This document shows, piece by piece, positions 19,033 through 28,484 of a stretch of 64,000 nt of DNA (the first letter of the stretch is position 1; every line of letters starts with the position of its first letter). The notes under the pieces are model-generated. The model saw only the letters and a program-made list of their open reading frames with translations. It was not told the origin of the DNA and did not search any database. The translations under genes were made by a program, and so were the position numbers. The DNA is from a bacterium (GTDB lineage Archaea; Thermoplasmatota; E2; JACPAO01; JAHFTW01): NCBI GenBank assembly GCA_040390065.1, contig JAZJZE010000006.1, positions 45,344 through 109,343 of the forward strand, given 5' to 3'.

Positions 19033-20691
19033 CTAGCGCCGCCGGGCCGCGAACGCGACGGCGATGGCTGCCAGAGCGAAGACCGTCGCGGGCGCAGGTG
19101 AGCCGTGGGCCTGGCCGTCTTCGGTTGCAGGAGGCGTCGGCGCCGCCGCCATCGGGTATCCCGGTCCCCCGCCGACGTCGAAGATGACGAGCTGCAGCGG
19201 GCACATCTCGCCTGGCCCGCCGCTGTTGCACTGGTTGCCGTAGAACGTCATCGTCGGCCGCGGCTCGAGCGCAAAGGGCGACAGCAGGAGTTGGTACAGT
19301 CCAGACGGCAGGCTGACGTTGACGTCGAAGGTGCCGGTCTCGTGCGTGTGCAGTTTGCCGGCAGCCACCGTGATGAAGCGGTTGTCCCCGGACAGGAGGT
19401 TACGGATCGCATAGTCGACCTCCGAGTGCTGCAGCGGGTTTCCGGCGGCGTCATGGATGAACAGGTGCAGCTTGAACGGGATGCCGTTTGCGTGGCCGTT
19501 CAGGCCGGAGATGTCGACGTACTCGATGGGTGAGGCAAGCGACAGCGGGACCGTCCCTTGTCCAGGCAAGGCCGCATCGATTGGTGGGACGACGGCGTAC
19601 GGCAGGTCGATGTGGGCCGACCAGTTGCCGCGGGTGGCGTCGACGGACAGGACGTACTCGCCGACCGGCTCGACGGCCGTGAACTCGTAGATGCCGTCGT
19701 ACTCATGCAGCGTCTTCGAAGTGAAGATCGTGTACCCGGTGCCGCGTTGCGTCAGGGTCGCGACGACGTTGACGTGCGGCACGGGGTGATGGGTGATCGG
19801 GTCCATGGCCAGTGCCGTGAGGCGCATCTGCGTCTGCGGGCCGACCGTGGTCCACGGGTCGTACGTGCCGACGAGGGAGTACAGCCCGCCGGCCGGGGAT
19901 TGCACGACGGCATTGCTTTGCGGCTCGTCGGGCTGAACGATTGGCCCCGGCATGAACGCGGTCCCGACGACGCCCGGGGCAATCGTGACCAGCTTCGACG
20001 AGGTCACGGGTTCGAACAGGGTCGTGCCGGGCCCGGGGAACGCGATGAAGCCCGTCACCGTGACGGTAAACGACGGCTCGTTGCCGGTGTACAGGTAGGA
20101 GACCTCCATGGCCTCCGTGTGTGTGTGCGTCTTGGTGCGGAACTGCAAGCCGGAGGCGTCGCGCACCTCGAACCACGCGTCCGTGTGGTTGAGCGTTCGG
20201 CCGTGGTCGAGGAGTTGGAAGGTGAAGGTCGAGGGGACGCCGGGCGTGAAGGTTTCCGGCCCGGTCAGGGGCAACGTTGGGTAGCGCAAGACGGGGTCCT
20301 CCGGCGCGTCCATGACCGTGCCATTGAACATGGCCAGCATCGTGCCCGCCTCGTCGTAGTCCGCGACCGTGTACGTCCCGGCGGCCGGGAAGGTGACGTC
20401 GAACATGTTGACGCCGTCGTAGTCGTGGCCCGAGTCCGGCGTCGTCTCGAGGATCGGCACGCCGTTCAAGGTGACCTTGATGTGGTTCTGCTGGTGGTAG
20501 TCCGGGACGACGTCGTCGCCCAGGTCCAGCACGCCGAAATGGGCGAGGTTGCCGACGAACTCGACGCCGTCCGCATTGGCGTCATGCGCAATGACCACCG
20601 CGGTCGCGGCGCCGTGCTCGTGCTGGGCGGATACGCTTGGCATCGCGAGGGCGAGAAGGACGACGGCGGCAAGGCCGGCGCGGCGCAACAT
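19033..20691 (-). CDS. His-rich secreted/anchored putative metal-binding protein with archaeosortase-like C-terminal tail
   Basis: Signal peptide ending VSA-QHEH; four repeated His-pair modules; C-terminus SPAPATVFALAAIAVAFAARRR. Confidence 0.75.
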   Translation of the reverse strand: MLRRAGLAAVVLLALAMPSVSAQHEHGAATAVVIAHDANADGVEFVGNLAHFGVLDLGDDVVPDYHQQNHIKVTLNGVPILETTPDSGHDYDGVNMFDVTFPAAGTYTVADYDEAGTMLAMFNGTVMDAPEDPVLRYPTLPLTGPETFTPGVPSTFTFQLLDHGRTLNHTDAWFEVRDASGLQFRTKTHTHTEAMEVSYLYTGNEPSFTVTVTGFIAFPGPGTTLFEPVTSSKLVTIAPGVVGTAFMPGPIVQPDEPQSNAVVQSPAGGLYSLVGTYDPWTTVGPQTQMRLTALAMDPITHHPVPHVNVVATLTQRGTGYTIFTSKTLHEYDGIYEFTAVEPVGEYVLSVDATRGNWSAHIDLPYAVVPPIDAALPGQGTVPLSLASPIEYVDISGLNGHANGIPFKLHLFIHDAAGNPLQHSEVDYAIRNLLSGDNRFITVAAGKLHTHETGTFDVNVSLPSGLYQLLLSPFALEPRPTMTFYGNQCNSGGPGEMCPLQLVIFDVGGGPGYPMAAAPTPPATEDGQAHGSPAPATVFALAAIAVAFAARRR

Positions 20692-20788
20692 GCCACGGCA
20701 CCTTGGGGATGGCCTCTTAAGCGCTGTCGTGCCGCCCGTGCGACCTCGGTCAACCGTCTTTATAGGGCATGCGGGACGTTTGCCCGCA

Positions 20789-22240
20789 ATGGCGGACGTC
20801 GCCGCGGTCTTCCTCGCCGTTGCGGGCATCACTCTCATCGGCTTCATCGCGGGCCGCATCTTCGAACGCACGGGATTCCCAGACATCCCGCTGCTGTTGG
20901 GCATCGGCCTGTTGGCTGGGCCCGTCAACCGCCTTGCCGTGGCAAACGGCGGCGGACTGCCCTGGCTCGACCACGCCATCGGCCAAGACACACTCCGCGC
21001 CGTCGGCCCCTACATGTCGGGTCTTGGCCTGGTCGTCATCCTCTTCGAGTCCGGACTGAAACTGGAGTTCCGCGGCTTCCGTTCGTCGATCGGCCCCGCG
21101 CTGCTGCACACGCTGCCGATCTTCCTCGTGACCGTCGCGGGCATCGCCGCCATCGGCCACTGGGTGCTGGGGATGCCGAGCCTCGTTGCCGTCGTCCTCG
21201 GCGTCACGCTCTCCAACGTCGGCCAGACGGTCTCGGCGGCGCTCATGCGCAGCATGTCGCTCTCGGCCGAGACGAAGGCCATCGGCTTCCTCGAGATGGC
21301 CCTCTACGACCTCATCAGCATCCCCATCCTGGTGTCGCTCTTCTCCTTCTCCGGTGGCGTGGGCGGCGAGGCCGTCGGCGCGTCCGTTCGCAGCTTCTTC
21401 CAACTCGCGTCCATCTCGCTCGTGATCGGCGCCGCCTGCGGCATGGCGTGGATCCTTGCCTTGCGCCGCCTTGGCAACCACCCGCAAGCCTACATGCTCA
21501 CGTTGGCGGTCCTTCTCGGGTTGTACGGGGTCACGCAGTTCCTCGGCGGTTCGGGCGCAATCGCAGTGCTGCTGTTCGGTCTCATGGTCGGCAACCGGTC
21601 GGCCCTTGCCAAGGTCTTCGGCACGGAGCCCGGCTCTGCGGCGGGGTCGCAACGCGTCGAGGCGTTCCACGACGAGATCAGCTTCTTCGTGCGCACGGTC
21701 TTCTTCCTGTACCTGGGCGCCAGTTTCTCCCTGGCGGTCACGGGTACGTGGCCGGTCACGACCGCTCTGCCCATCCTGTCCGCATTCAACAACCAAGGCG
21801 CCCTGTTTGCCATCGGTGCGATCCTGGTCGTGGCCTGGTTCGTCGCCGCCCGGTGGATCTGCATCAGCCTCATCTCGGTGCGCATCCGGCCGGCCACGCG
21901 CGGCCTCATCCCGGTCTTCGGGCACGGCTTGGGCACGGCCGTGCTGGCGACGCTCCCGTTCGTCGCCGTGCAGTACCAGCCGGGGACGCACTTCTACGAG
22001 CAGTTCAACCCGTGGGAACAGATGTTCCTGAACCTGGCCCTTCTCATCATCCTCGCGACCGTGCTTCTCTCTAGCATCCTGGTGTGGATGCAGGAAAGGC
22101 CCGTGCGACAACGCAGGGCGGCCCGTGCCGAGCTCGCGTCGCGCGAGGACAAGCCGGCCGCGGCCGCGACGCCTTCGGCTCGACCGGCACCCGCCGCCAG
22201 CAAGCCGTCGGCGCCCGCGCCGCCACGGCGCAAGGCCTGA
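20789..22240 (+). CDS. Cation:proton antiporter (NhaP/CPA1-like)
   Basis: Multi-TM protein; PDIPLLLGIGLLAGP, ILFESGL and FFVRTVFFLYLG motifs; tttata about 30 nt upstream. Confidence 0.85.
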   Translation: MADVAAVFLAVAGITLIGFIAGRIFERTGFPDIPLLLGIGLLAGPVNRLAVANGGGLPWLDHAIGQDTLRAVGPYMSGLGLVVILFESGLKLEFRGFRSSIGPALLHTLPIFLVTVAGIAAIGHWVLGMPSLVAVVLGVTLSNVGQTVSAALMRSMSLSAETKAIGFLEMALYDLISIPILVSLFSFSGGVGGEAVGASVRSFFQLASISLVIGAACGMAWILALRRLGNHPQAYMLTLAVLLGLYGVTQFLGGSGAIAVLLFGLMVGNRSALAKVFGTEPGSAAGSQRVEAFHDEISFFVRTVFFLYLGASFSLAVTGTWPVTTALPILSAFNNQGALFAIGAILVVAWFVAARWICISLISVRIRPATRGLIPVFGHGLGTAVLATLPFVAVQYQPGTHFYEQFNPWEQMFLNLALLIILATVLLSSILVWMQERPVRQRRAARAELASREDKPAAAATPSARPAPAASKPSAPAPPRRKA

Positions 22241-22242
22241 CC

Positions 22243-22593
22243 TCAGGACTTGCCGTCCGCCCGGTCCGCCAGGACGCCGGCCCGTCGTGTCAGCGCGGCA
22301 AGGGTTCCGCTCGTCGACAAGGTCACCACGGTCAGGGCATGCCGCGCTCCGCCTTCCCTGACTGCCGCGATGCGCGGCAGCAAGCGGCGCGCGGCGGCGA
22401 GGCGCTCGTGCGGCACGCGGACGGCGGCGTGCGGCCAGGCAAAGCGCGTGAGTTGCGGGACGTCCGCCTCCAGCCAACCGTCGGCGAGCGCCTGCTCGCG
22501 TAGGGCGGCGGCAAACGCGCGGCGCCCGACGGGCGTCTGCGCGGCCAACTGCACGAGGACATGCCGCGGCCGGTCCATCGCGACTTTGCTCAT
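22243..22593 (-). CDS. Rpp14/Pop5-family protein (RNase P component-like)
   Basis: 116 aa; N-terminal RHVLV, central VRVPH and C-terminal TLSTSGTL, as in the Pop5 SGT motif. Confidence 0.6.
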   Translation of the reverse strand: MSKVAMDRPRHVLVQLAAQTPVGRRAFAAALREQALADGWLEADVPQLTRFAWPHAAVRVPHERLAAARRLLPRIAAVREGGARHALTVVTLSTSGTLAALTRRAGVLADRADGKS

Positions 22594-23450
22594 GCGGCGC
22601 CCCCTTGGCGTTCGTGCTCGGCCACCTTGGCGAGGCGGTTGAGGATGGCGTTGCGGCGCCGCGACCGCAGCCAACTCTGCAGGCTCGTCAGCAGCGGAAG
22701 GACGAGGGCGAGGGGCAGGGCGGTCGCAAGGGGCATGTGGGCGGCGCCAGCCAGCAGCCAGAGCACCGGGGCGGCGCAGGCGAAGAGGAAGACGATGGCG
22801 AAGAACGGCAGGAACGGGCGGCGGGCCTCGGCGAGCAGACGGTCCCGGCTTGCCGCGTCGAGGTGCTCGGCGGTGGCGACGAGAGGACGCCCTTGCTGGG
22901 CAAAGATGGCCCGCACCACATCCATGCCCTCGCGGTAGCCGCGGCTGCGGCGCGTGTTCTCGGCAAAACGCGTCGGGGTGAAGCGGACGGTCTCGAACGA
23001 TCCATCGCGCAGTTCCAGGCCGAGGCCCGTCTGGGTTACCTTCCCGTCGGACGAGGCAAACGGCGAGACGAAGGCGCCGGTCACGTCGTAGCTGGCGGGG
23101 AAGGCAGCGGCAACCTCTTCCCAGCGCACGAACGGGCGGTGCCACCGCGCGGCCAGGAAGCGGCTGGGGGCGAGGCCCTGCTCATGGATGCGGATCGGGC
23201 TACGCCAGAGGGCGATCATGAAGAGCAGGACGGCCGCGACGGGGGCAGCGTACACGGCATACAGAAGCGGACGGTTGTCCCGGAGGGCGTTCTCCAGCGA
23301 CCCCATGGCGCAGACGGCAAGCGTCACGATGAGGCCGGCGTACAGGATGGGATGGGCCCGAGGCGGCCGGTATTCCCAGAGGATGGCCCCACGTTCCTGC
23401 ACGAGCGGCCGAGGCTCCGTGGCCACAAGGGTTTGCCGGCCAGACGGCAT
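22590..23450 (-). CDS. Hypothetical membrane protein (start uncertain)
   Basis: Two TM pairs flanking a soluble domain; stop codon overlaps the next ATG (ATGA). Confidence 0.65.
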   Translation of the reverse strand: MPSGRQTLVATEPRPLVQERGAILWEYRPPRAHPILYAGLIVTLAVCAMGSLENALRDNRPLLYAVYAAPVAAVLLFMIALWRSPIRIHEQGLAPSRFLAARWHRPFVRWEEVAAAFPASYDVTGAFVSPFASSDGKVTQTGLGLELRDGSFETVRFTPTRFAENTRRSRGYREGMDVVRAIFAQQGRPLVATAEHLDAASRDRLLAEARRPFLPFFAIVFLFACAAPVLWLLAGAAHMPLATALPLALVLPLLTSLQSWLRSRRRNAILNRLAKVAEHERQGGAA

Positions 23451-23500
23451 GCAGGGGCCAGCCTCTACGCTCATCAACCGGCCCGTTTGTCGCCAACCCC

Positions 23501-25930
23501 GTGCCCCCGCCGCCTGAGGGCCCCATCCGCCGCGTCGTTGCCGACCCCAAGGCGGAGGCGCGTTGGCAAAAGGCGATGGAGCGCTCCCGCGAGATTCAGG
23601 CCAAGCGTGAGGCCAAGGGGAAGGCCAAGCAGGAGAAGGCGGCGGCGCGCCAGGCTCGCGGCGGACTCTTCGGCAAGATGATGGGGCGAAAGGTCCGCGA
23701 GGCCGCCCCCGACCTATCCCCTTCAGCCACGAGGCCGCCCCCGCCGCCGCCAGACGCGCCATCCGACTGGGGCGAGTCGGTTGCCGTTGCGCTCCCGCCG
23801 CCGCAGCCCGCCCGACCCAGGGTGACCGCGGCCCCCCGGGTCCCGCAGTGGCACGCATCGCCGGAGCCCGAGCCCCTCGTGACGGCGCCCAAGAAGGCCC
23901 GGCCAGCCAAGCCTGGCAAACCTACCGCGCGCAAGTCCAAGCCCGCCCTCCAACTTCCCCCGCCGGACGCGCGCGACGACGAGAGGCGGCAACTCGAACG
24001 CGAGAAGGCGGCCCTCGAGCAGGAGCGCGCCCGTCTCGCCGGGGAGTTGGAGCAGGCGCAGCGCCGCGCCGCGGAAGCCGAGCGCCACCGCAGCGAGGAA
24101 GAGCGCCGGCGCCACCGCGAGGAGCAGCGGCGAGCCGACGAGGAGCAGCGCCGCAAGGAGGCCGAGCGGCAGCGCAAGGAGGCCGACGCCTCGCGCGGCG
24201 AGGCGGAGAAGGAAGCGCGGCGCCTGCAGGCCCTTGCGGATGAGCACCGCTTGCGCGAGAAGGAAAGCCGGAAGGCCGTCTTGGAGGGCGAACGCGAGCG
24301 CAAGCGCCTCGAGGGGGAGAGCGGGCGCGCCATGCGTGAGGCCCGAACGGCCCACGATGAGGCGGCCAAGGCCCGCGTTGCCTTGGATGCCGTGGAGGCG
24401 CAGCGCAAGGAACTGGAGGGGGAGAGGCAAGCGCTGACGGTCCGCATGGCCGCCGCCCAACGACGCGAGGTGACCGCGGAAGCCCAGCGTATCCGCGACC
24501 GCGAAGCGATCCTGCAGCAATCGGCCGAGGCGCTGCGCCGCGAGCACGACCGCTTGGCGCAGGAGGCTCGCTTGCGCGAGGAAGCGCAGCGGCGTTCCCA
24601 GGAGGCCGTTGCCGAGGCCGGCGCGCGTGCCGAGGCTGCAGCCGCCGCCGAAGGCGCCCTTGCTGCAGAACGCGCCCGCGTGCAGGAGCTTTCGCAGGCC
24701 CGCGAGCGCGACCGCCAGGACGCCGAGCGGCGCTTGCGGGAGCAGGAGCTGGCCGTGAAGGGCGCCCGCGCCGAGCTCGAACGCGCCCAGGCCCTCCGGA
24801 AGGCGCGCGAAGGAGAAATGGAGGAGCTGCGCTCAACTGCGGCCCGCCTGCGCGACGAGGCCGCAGCGAGCCGCGTCGTCGTCGATCGCATGCAAGGCGA
24901 ACAGGCCGCGGCTCGCAGGGAGGCGGCGGAGCACCAGAAGCGGGTGGCCGACCTGCAGGCGCAGGCCCGGCAAGCCGCCGCCGACGCCGAGCGGCTCGCT
25001 GCGACGGCCGCGGAGGCGGCAAAGCGCCAGGCCGCGCTCGAGGCGCGCGCCGCGCAGCAGGCGACGGCAATCTCCAAGCTCGAGCGCGAGCGCCGCGAGG
25101 CCGTCGAAGGCCGGCGCGAGACGGCGCAGGAGGTCGAGCGGCGCATCGCCGAGGCCCAACGCCTGCAGCTGGACAGCGAGGCGACGCGGCGCGAACTGGC
25201 CGCCCAGCGCGAGGCAGCTGTTGCCATCCGGGAAGAGCAGGAGGCCTCACGTGCCGAGGTGGAGGCGTTGCGCCGCCAGGAGGCGATCGCGGCGGAGCGG
25301 GGTCGGGCGTTGGCTCAGGTCGAGCGGGAGCGCGCCGATGCCGAGGCCCGACTGCGGCGCTCGCAGGAAGAGCGGGCCAAGGCGGAGGCCGCGCTTGCCG
25401 CCGAGGTCGAGGCCGTGCGCCGCGAGGCCGCGCGGTCCCGTCTCGCCCTCGAGCAACGTTTGGCGGAGGCCGAAGCCGCTGCCGCCGGTGCGGCCGTGCC
25501 CGCCGCCGTTCCTCTCCTGCCGACGCCGGCCGAACCGCCCGCACCCGCAGCCGACGCCGGGGTCCGGGGTCGGCTGGGCCATCTCGTCAAGGAGGCGCGC
25601 TCCATGCCGGCGCACGAAGTGGTGCAGCCCCGTGGCAAGGCTCCTGCGCCCGGCGGTCGGGCCATCGAGCCCTGGGAGGATGCAGCGGCGTGGGAGCAGG
25701 ACAAGGAGCGGGCCGTGCAAGAGGCCGAGGAGCGACTGCGCAAGCAGCGCGAGGAGTCGAAGTGGCGGGCGCGCAACTTGGCGGTGAGCGGCATGGAACT
25801 GGATGCGGCCGCTGGCGTCATGCCGACAGAGGCGCCCGACGATCCCACCCTCCCGCCGCATGGCAAAGGAGCCGCGGGGCATGCGCCCAAGAAGAAGGGG
25901 CGGCGCGCCGACGACCGGCGCTGGGGTTGA
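23501..25930 (+). CDS. Long coiled-coil protein with Pro-rich ends
   Basis: About 500 aa of Pro-free E/R/A-rich sequence; no Walker motif seen. Confidence 0.7.
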   Translation: MPPPPEGPIRRVVADPKAEARWQKAMERSREIQAKREAKGKAKQEKAAARQARGGLFGKMMGRKVREAAPDLSPSATRPPPPPPDAPSDWGESVAVALPPPQPARPRVTAAPRVPQWHASPEPEPLVTAPKKARPAKPGKPTARKSKPALQLPPPDARDDERRQLEREKAALEQERARLAGELEQAQRRAAEAERHRSEEERRRHREEQRRADEEQRRKEAERQRKEADASRGEAEKEARRLQALADEHRLREKESRKAVLEGERERKRLEGESGRAMREARTAHDEAAKARVALDAVEAQRKELEGERQALTVRMAAAQRREVTAEAQRIRDREAILQQSAEALRREHDRLAQEARLREEAQRRSQEAVAEAGARAEAAAAAEGALAAERARVQELSQARERDRQDAERRLREQELAVKGARAELERAQALRKAREGEMEELRSTAARLRDEAAASRVVVDRMQGEQAAARREAAEHQKRVADLQAQARQAAADAERLAATAAEAAKRQAALEARAAQQATAISKLERERREAVEGRRETAQEVERRIAEAQRLQLDSEATRRELAAQREAAVAIREEQEASRAEVEALRRQEAIAAERGRALAQVERERADAEARLRRSQEERAKAEAALAAEVEAVRREAARSRLALEQRLAEAEAAAAGAAVPAAVPLLPTPAEPPAPAADAGVRGRLGHLVKEARSMPAHEVVQPRGKAPAPGGRAIEPWEDAAAWEQDKERAVQEAEERLRKQREESKWRARNLAVSGMELDAAAGVMPTEAPDDPTLPPHGKGAAGHAPKKKGRRADDRRWG

Positions 25931-25936
25931 CGGGCG

Positions 25937-26320
25937 CTACGACAAGTTCAGGATGGCCTGCGCCAGGTCGCCGTCGGTCTCCAGCAAGGCCTTGCGGGCT
26001 GCCGCCTCGGATGCGCTTGCCGCCTGCATGACGGTCTGGATGTCCTCCGGCGTGGGGGCGTATGCCGGGCTTGGCGCCTCCGCCGGTTGGGGCTTCGCTG
26101 CGGGCGCCGACCCTGCACGCTCGGAGACGTCCGGCTTGCCGACGACGGTCCAAGTCTCCTGGCCCTGCGCCTTCATCACCGAGACCTGGGCCTTGCGGAA
26201 GCGGTACTCCCTGTCGAGCGTGCGGATGGTGACCTCCTCGACGCCTTCGATGTCGCGCACGTCGATGCCCATGCGCTTCATCGCAGCCGCCATCGCCCGG
26301 GGGTCCATTCCCATCGCCAT
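25937..26320 (-). CDS. nac: Nascent polypeptide-associated complex protein
   Basis: MKRMGID..EEVTIR N-terminus and C-terminal UBA-like EDIQTVMQAA..ARKAL..TDGDLAQAIL. Confidence 0.92.
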   Translation of the reverse strand: MAMGMDPRAMAAAMKRMGIDVRDIEGVEEVTIRTLDREYRFRKAQVSVMKAQGQETWTVVGKPDVSERAGSAPAAKPQPAEAPSPAYAPTPEDIQTVMQAASASEAAARKALLETDGDLAQAILNLS

Positions 26321-26364
26321 TGCAAAGGCCAAGCCTCAAGCCTCCTTGACGTTTTTGACGCCCC

Positions 26365-27834
26365 GTGACAGGCGCCCCACCGGCGGCCATCCCATTGAGC
26401 GCCCGCGACGTGCGCCGCCTCGACGGCAACGCGGAGGAACTCGGCGTCCCCGTCGCAACCCTGATGGCCAACGCGGGCCAGGCCGTCGCAGAAGCCGTCA
26501 TGGATCATGTGCGCAAGGGCGGCGAGGCCCTCGTCATGGTGGGCAAGGGCAACAACGGCGGCGACGGGCTGGCCGCCGCGGTCGAGCTGCAGAGCCTCGG
26601 CCGCAAGGCGTGGGTCGTGCTTGCGGAGCCCCCCGAGCGGCTGTCGCGGCCGGCCGCCTCCTTCTTCAAGCGCCTCAAGCCCGGCTCCTGGATGGTGTGG
26701 ACCGGTCGCCCCGCGCCCGGCTGGGCCAAGGTGCCGGTCGTCGTCGACGCCCTGCTGGGCATCGGCCTGTCGGGCCCGCCCCGGCCGCCCTACGCGCAGA
26801 TGATCGAGTGGATGAACGCCCGCCGCCAGGCCGGCACGGAGGTCATCTCCTGCGACGTGCCAAGCGGCCTCGGTCACAAGCCCGCGGTACGCCCAACGCG
26901 CACCATCACCTTCCATGGCATCAAGGAAGGCATGCATGACCGCAACTGCGGCGCAATCGAAGTCGCGGAGATCGGCATCCCGCCCGCCGCCGAGACGGAC
27001 GTCGGCTTCGGCGACCTCGTCGTCGGCTATCCGGTCCCGGCCGCCGACTCGCACAAGGGCCAAAACGGCGTGCTCCTCATGATTGCCGGCTCGATCCCGT
27101 ACTCGGGCGCGCCGTTCTATTCGGGGACCGCCGCCTACCGGACCGGCTGCGACCTGGTGCACGTCGCGACGGCTCTCGACGCCGCCCAAGCCATCCGTGG
27201 CTATGGGCCGCACATCATCGTGCACGACGTCTGCAAGGGCCCGCGGCTGCAGGTCGAGGCCATCCCGAACATCCGCCGGCTCTTGCCCCGCGCCTCGGCC
27301 GTCCTCGTGGGTCCGGGACTCGGCGACGACGCCCGGACACGGCGCGCCGTGGCCCAAGTCCTCAAGGATGCGGCCCGCCGCGACCTGCCCATCGTGGTCG
27401 ACGCCGACGGACTCGACGCCATCACCCCTGCGCTTCTTGCCCGGCATGGACACAAGATGGTCCTCACGCCGCATACCCGCGAGTTCGAGGACCTGACGGG
27501 CAAACCGGCGACGGACGGCAACGTGCAGGCTTACGCCGCCCAGTCGGGCGTCACCGTCTTGTGCAAGGGTGCCGTGCGCATCATCTCCGATGGCACTCGC
27601 ATGCGATGGTGCCGCCGCGGCCATCCGACCCTGACAGTCGGCGGCATCGGCGACGTCATCGCGGGCACGACGGCGGCTCTCATGGCCAAAGGTGCAGCGC
27701 CGTTCGATGCGGCCTGCGCGGCATCGTATCTCGTGGGCTGCGCTGGCGAGCAGGCCGCGGAGATGTGGAGCTACGGCGCGACCGCGACCGACGTGGCCAA
27801 CGCGATTCCCGCCGTCCTGCGACGCCTACCGTGA
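26365..27834 (+). CDS. nnr: Bifunctional NAD(P)H-hydrate epimerase/dehydratase (YjeF)
   Basis: GKGNNGGDG, DALLGIG, DVPSG, SHKGQNG, GPGLG, VDADGL, LTPHTREF and GGIGDV motifs. Confidence 0.95.
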   Translation: MTGAPPAAIPLSARDVRRLDGNAEELGVPVATLMANAGQAVAEAVMDHVRKGGEALVMVGKGNNGGDGLAAAVELQSLGRKAWVVLAEPPERLSRPAASFFKRLKPGSWMVWTGRPAPGWAKVPVVVDALLGIGLSGPPRPPYAQMIEWMNARRQAGTEVISCDVPSGLGHKPAVRPTRTITFHGIKEGMHDRNCGAIEVAEIGIPPAAETDVGFGDLVVGYPVPAADSHKGQNGVLLMIAGSIPYSGAPFYSGTAAYRTGCDLVHVATALDAAQAIRGYGPHIIVHDVCKGPRLQVEAIPNIRRLLPRASAVLVGPGLGDDARTRRAVAQVLKDAARRDLPIVVDADGLDAITPALLARHGHKMVLTPHTREFEDLTGKPATDGNVQAYAAQSGVTVLCKGAVRIISDGTRMRWCRRGHPTLTVGGIGDVIAGTTAALMAKGAAPFDAACAASYLVGCAGEQAAEMWSYGATATDVANAIPAVLRRLP

Positions 27835-27884
27835 CGCACAGGCCGAGGCCTGACCGAATCAGGCCATGAGACGACGCGCGTTCC

Positions 27885-28484
27885 TTGCATGTGCGCTGGC
27901 GCCTACGTCCCCTCCTCATCGCGGCAATCCTGGAACTAGCGGGCCTCGCATGGCTGGCCCACGGCAGCCCCATCCTCGACATCGCGCCAGCCGATGCCGC
28001 GGGCTTCGAAGGCCAAGGCCCCGTGCGCATCGCGGGCATGGCCTCCGATGTTGCGCCGGCCCCTTCGGGCTCGACCAGATTCCTGCTTCGCGCGGACGGT
28101 GCTGCCATCGCCGTGCAAGTCGATGGACCTGTGGCGCTGGGCGACGGTGTCTGGGTCGCCGCGCAGGGCCGCGTCATGCGTCAAGGCGGACGGCTCACGC
28201 TCGCCGTCGGGTCCGCCGACGACGTGCATGCCGAAGCCGGGCCAGATCCGCAGACGCCGTCATGGGCCCAACTGGCGGCATCACCGTCAGCCTGGCATGA
28301 CCGACGCATCCGCCTGGCGGGAGACATCGACCGGGGCAGCCTCGCGGACAAAGACGGCCACCGCATCCAACTCGGCGCCGGGGACTGGCCCAAGGTCGGC
28401 GCCGTCGAAGCCACCGGCTTCATCGAGTACGCGGCCGGCTGCCTGTGCGAACGCATGGTCGCCTCTCTGGTGCGCCTGACCTGA
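27885..28484 (+). CDS. Membrane-anchored protein with putative OB-fold domains
   Basis: N-terminal TM followed by a VRIAG..V..GDGVWVAAQGRV OB-like pattern; coupled to the next gene (TGATG). Confidence 0.55.
   Translation: MHVRWRLRPLLIAAILELAGLAWLAHGSPILDIAPADAAGFEGQGPVRIAGMASDVAPAPSGSTRFLLRADGAAIAVQVDGPVALGDGVWVAAQGRVMRQGGRLTLAVGSADDVHAEAGPDPQTPSWAQLAASPSAWHDRRIRLAGDIDRGSLADKDGHRIQLGAGDWPKVGAVEATGFIEYAAGCLCERMVASLVRLT

Noticed and set aside
23501-25930. SMC/Rad50 ATPase
   Set aside because: No Walker A/B, hinge or Zn-hook motif
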